Shown here piece by piece: positions 60,711 to 64,000 of a stretch of 64,000 nt of DNA. The number at the start of each line of letters is the position of its first letter. Position 1 is the first letter of the stretch. The stretch covers positions 768 to 64,767 of the forward strand of contig NZ_CALKTC010000009.1 in the NCBI RefSeq assembly GCF_937996225.1. The letters are read 5' to 3'. The notes beneath the pieces are model-generated. The model saw only the letters and a list, made by a program, of their open reading frames with translations. It was not told the DNA's origin and did not search any database. Position numbers and translations under genes: made by a program. The DNA is from an uncultured Campylobacter sp. GTDB taxonomy: Bacteria; Campylobacterota; Campylobacteria; Campylobacterales; Campylobacteraceae.

Positions 60711-61451
60711 TTGAATAAGGAGGCCTCATTGAACCCGATTACCGAAAAGCGCAGCGTTTCGGGCTACTACTACGCCGAGGAGTGCGAGTATGTGTACTTC
60801 GTGACGGACGCGCCGCGCGAGCAAAACTACCGCTTTATTTTTGATTCGGGCGCGATCTATTCGCAAGATGACGCGGACGGCGAGGTGCGACCTAGCAGCG
60901 AAGCGGAGTTTTTCGCGGTCGTCAAAAAGATCCTCGCGCAGTACCGCGATAAAATTTTAGAGCACTCCGCAGAGCTTGAAAATTACGAAAAGATCTACAC
61001 GCGGCGCGGCGATTTTTCAAAATTTATGAAAAAGCACTCTGTCCTAAAATACGAAATCCGCAAATTTCAAAACAAAATTTCGCATTTTTACGAGGCGCTT
61101 CTCATCTGCGCAAACGAGCAGCCGGCGCTGAAAAAGCAGCTGAAAAACTACGCCTACGAAGCGGGCGTTTTTAAAGGCGTGATGAGCGAATATGCCGTCA
61201 GGATCGAGGACATCTATCAATTTATCCAAGGCCTCAAAAACGACAAAATTAGCCGCAACATCTACATTCTCACGATCATCTCGTCGCTGCTGATGCCGCT
61301 AAATTTCATCACGAGCTTTTTCGGGATGAACACGACGGGGCTGTTTTTAAGCGGCTCGGCGCATGGCACGCTCATCGTGACGCTTGCGATGTGCGTGATT
61401 TTCGCGGCGATGGTTGGCTTTCTTATGCTCTACGCCAAAAAACGAAGCTAA
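60711..61451 (+). CDS. CorA family divalent cation transporter (probable start TTG 60729)
   Basis: LTIIS..LMPLNFITSFFGMN signature; two C-terminal TMs. Confidence 0.88.
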   Translation: MNKEASLNPITEKRSVSGYYYAEECEYVYFVTDAPREQNYRFIFDSGAIYSQDDADGEVRPSSEAEFFAVVKKILAQYRDKILEHSAELENYEKIYTRRGDFSKFMKKHSVLKYEIRKFQNKISHFYEALLICANEQPALKKQLKNYAYEAGVFKGVMSEYAVRIEDIYQFIQGLKNDKISRNIYILTIISSLLMPLNFITSFFGMNTTGLFLSGSAHGTLIVTLAMCVIFAAMVGFLMLYAKKRS

Positions 61452-61468
61452 AGCGAAGGAGTTAAATT

Positions 61469-61882
61469 TTGAACAAAAACGAGCTAAAAAATATCCTAGG
61501 CGGATACTTCGGAAGGGAGATTGCGGGCGATTTTAGAGTGCTGAAAGAGTATGAGATCGCACGCTGCAACGACGCGGCAAAATTTCCTTTTGAGGGCGAC
61601 AGCGGGCTGCTGCGCGAGTTTTGTATCTTCGCAGACAGCGGCAGCGGCGATCTTTGGCTGCTAAGCTCTAGCGGCGAGATCGCGTTTTACGACCATGATT
61701 TGGAGTTTTTGTCCGAGGCAAATTTGAAAAAATTCGATCTAAATCTTGCGGGCTGGCTAAAGATCGCCGAGCTTTTTTGCAAATTTGAAGCCGTTAGCAA
61801 CCCGAGTAGCGCGCAAAAGACGGAGTTTAAGCAAAGCGTAGCTAAAATCTGTCCGCAAATTTTAGAAATTTGGGAAATTTAG
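61469..61882 (+). CDS. SMI1/KNR4 (SUKH)-like protein
   Basis: FCIFADSGSGDLWLL...GEIAFYDHD resembles the SUKH core. Confidence 0.6.
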   Translation: MNKNELKNILGGYFGREIAGDFRVLKEYEIARCNDAAKFPFEGDSGLLREFCIFADSGSGDLWLLSSSGEIAFYDHDLEFLSEANLKKFDLNLAGWLKIAELFCKFEAVSNPSSAQKTEFKQSVAKICPQILEIWEI

Positions 61883-61906
61883 GCGCTGTTTGCGGCGCCT
61901 AAATTT
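61875..61906 (+). terminator. Hairpin at end of SUKH-like gene
   Basis: aaatttaggcgctg-tttg-cggcgcctaaattt. Confidence 0.6.
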
Positions 61907-61935
61907 AATCGCAAAAGCGCAAAATAGGAGCAATT

Positions 61936-62757
61936 ATGAAATTTATCGCATATTACGACTCGCCGCTTGGTAAAATCACGCTCGCGGGTGATGAGGCGGG
62001 GCTTTGCGGGCTGTGGTTCGAAGGCGAGAAATACTACGCGCATGCCCTCGCGACGAGCGGTGCGGATGAAAAGCGGGGCGGCGCCGATCTGCTCGCAAAA
62101 GAGCGGCGCGCCGCGAGCGAAACACAGCGCGATTTTGCGGCGTTAAAAAAGAGTGAAAAGAGTGATTTTGCTGCAAAAGCGACGGACGGCGCAGATGAAA
62201 AGTACAACACGCGCGATTTTGCAGCAGAAGCGGCAAGCGGCACGGACGGCAAATTCTGCGCGCACACACTTATAGCGAGCGAAAAATTCTGCGCAAACGA
62301 GCAAAGCGAATACTTCGAGGAGAAAAACCTAGCCATTTTTGATCAAACCAAGCGCTGGCTCGATCTGTATTTTAGCGGACGCGAGCCGGGTTTTACGCCC
62401 GCTCTAAATCCCGTGGGTTCGGCGTCTAGGCGCGCCGTGTGGGAAATTTTGCTTAAAATTCCTTACGGAAAAACCACGACCTACGGGCAGATCGCGCGCG
62501 AAATCGCCGCGGCACGCGGGCTAGCGAAGATGTCCGCGCAAGCCGTGGGGCACAACGAAATCTCGATAATCATCCCCTGCCACCGCGTCGTAGGCACGCA
62601 CGGTAGCCTCACGGGCTACGCGGGCGGCATCGATAGGAAAATAAAGCTGCTGCAGCCAGGGGGCGTCGATATGCGAGGGCTTTTCACGCCCCTTCAAATA
62701 GCACCGCGCCGTAAGAATGCGGTAGCGCGCCCAAGGCCCAAAAAGCTAGCCGGATAG
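61936..62757 (+). CDS. ogt: Methylated-DNA--protein-cysteine methyltransferase, with ~85-aa insertion; possibly decaying
   Basis: YDSPLG, LCGLWF, IPYGKTTTYGQIA, IIPCHRVVG, LTGYAGG. Confidence 0.88.
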   Translation: MKFIAYYDSPLGKITLAGDEAGLCGLWFEGEKYYAHALATSGADEKRGGADLLAKERRAASETQRDFAALKKSEKSDFAAKATDGADEKYNTRDFAAEAASGTDGKFCAHTLIASEKFCANEQSEYFEEKNLAIFDQTKRWLDLYFSGREPGFTPALNPVGSASRRAVWEILLKIPYGKTTTYGQIAREIAAARGLAKMSAQAVGHNEISIIIPCHRVVGTHGSLTGYAGGIDRKIKLLQPGGVDMRGLFTPLQIAPRRKNAVARPRPKKLAG

Positions 62758-63388
62758 CAAAGCTGCGCAAGATGGGGCCTGCCGTCACAAGGACGATAAG
62801 CGTTGCGAGCCGTATTGCTAAATGAGCCTAGCTACGCCGCTGAAACGGCGCACCGCCCGAAACTCAAATCGACGCACCGCAAAACATCCCGCACCGATGC
62901 GCTCATAGAGCGGATTGAACAAATTTTAAAATTTCGCCGCTTTTTCTCCGCTTCCCGCAGAAGCCGCATCGATTTAAAATTTTTAACGCGCCGAGGACGG
63001 ATAGTTCGGTCGCTGCAAAATTTGCGATAGCTAAAATCTACAAGCGGCGCCGAAACGGGCGCGAAAGCCTGCAGTGAAAAAACTAATAGGCGGCGTCGCA
63101 TCTGCTTCGTAAAACTGCGGCGGGGTTGATTGCCAAGGAGCCGCTTAGTGCGGCGTTTAAGCCGCCGCAAAAGATAAAATTCTATACTTTTCGCGCATGA
63201 TGATTTGCGCCGCATCTACAAGCAAATAAAGCTCGCAGGCTCTTAGCAATCGGCAGCACCCTGCTCCGCCGCTTAAATCAGTGCGGATCTAAAATTTTAT
63301 AAGTTAAAATTCCATGCTGCGGACAATTCAAAATTTCGCGCTTCGAATGATCCGTAAATTCCGTGCTTCAGGCTGCGGCGATTAGGCT

Positions 63389-63686
63389 TTAGCACTCCCA
63401 GCGGTGCTTTTTCATACGGGCGCGCTCGCCTCTAAATTTCACGCCTTCGGCTTCTAGCAGTTCGCGCTGAGCCGTAAAGCTCGCCGCCAAGGCGCTTGAA
63501 TGACTTACGACGCGGTGGCACGGGTAGCTGCCGTAGAGCACGCTTGCGAGAGCACGCGCCCCACGAGCCGCGAGTGGGCGGGCAGTCCGATCAGGCGCGC
63601 GATCTGTCCGTAGCTAGCGACCCTACCCGCAGGGATCTCCTCCACAAGGGTAAAATTTCATAGATCAAATTTTGCGTTAAAACCAT
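63389..63686 (-). pseudogene. Short MGMT/ATL-family gene with two frameshifts
   Basis: Not in ORF track. Hand translation across shifts: MVLTQNLIYEIL/VEEIPAGRVASYGQIARLIGLPAHSRLVGRVLSQA/LYGSYPCHRVV...QRELLEAEGVKF...HRWEC*. Confidence 0.85.
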
Positions 63687-63793
63687 GGCGCGATTATACT
63701 TTTTCGCATTTAAATTTAGACCTAAATTTAGTCACTTTGCGTAGCTAAATTCGATATAATTTTTAAAATTTAGCGCTTTAAAAGGAGCGAGCT

Positions 63794-64000
63794 GTGGACG
63801 AGAAATTTCAATCAGACACGAAAGAGCTGGACGAGAAATTTGCCGCTATCCCCGAGAATTTAAAGAAGCGATACGATAGGCATAGATTTATCAGACGCGT
63901 GATTATAGGGTATTATTCGTCGGCAGCTACAACCATCTATTTCTCGCCAATGCTAATGTTTTTTCTTGATTTGCTTTTTTCGAATATCGGTATAGAATCG
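63794..64000 (+). CDS. Hypothetical membrane protein, 5' part only
   Basis: RBS aaggag, GTG start, open to the window end (MDEKFQSDTKELDEKFAAIPENL...); tataat upstream. Confidence 0.6.
   Translation, partial: MDEKFQSDTKELDEKFAAIPENLKKRYDRHRFIRRVIIGYYSSAATTIYFSPMLMFFLDLLFSNIGIES

Overview
A 64 kb chromosomal window from a Campylobacterota bacterium. Gene content and order (slt-yggT-gltX2, frdCAB, fqrB, class II DAHP synthase) and the GC-rich codon usage suggest an oral Campylobacter such as C. gracilis; this assignment is inferred. About 55 CDSs are supported, mostly housekeeping. No rRNA, tRNA, CRISPR array, IS or prophage was recognised. The most striking feature is that seven core cytoplasmic enzymes (Psd, PriA twice, YbeY, QueC, a tRNA m6A37 methyltransferase, TrmA, Ogt) carry in-frame low-complexity insertions of about 60-220 aa. 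Several of these are periodic 15/18/21-bp arrays of the hexamer RAATTY (read as QNS/ENF/EIL/KIS). The same motif fills long intergenic spacers and forms the base of many terminator-like hairpins. RAATTY is the CtsM-methylated motif that licenses natural transformation in C. jejuni, so the pattern may be an uptake-signal drive that has invaded coding DNA; this is a hypothesis. Accessory AT-rich cassettes include: an RTX protein with an N-terminal His/Cys permuted papain-like domain plus a VWA domain, preceded by three exported orphan genes; two tandem paralogue pairs; a WG-repeat gene; an ankyrin gene broken by an in-frame TGA and an A9 frameshift; a cluster of three related G-rich hairpins; and an unannotated MGMT-family pseudogene.
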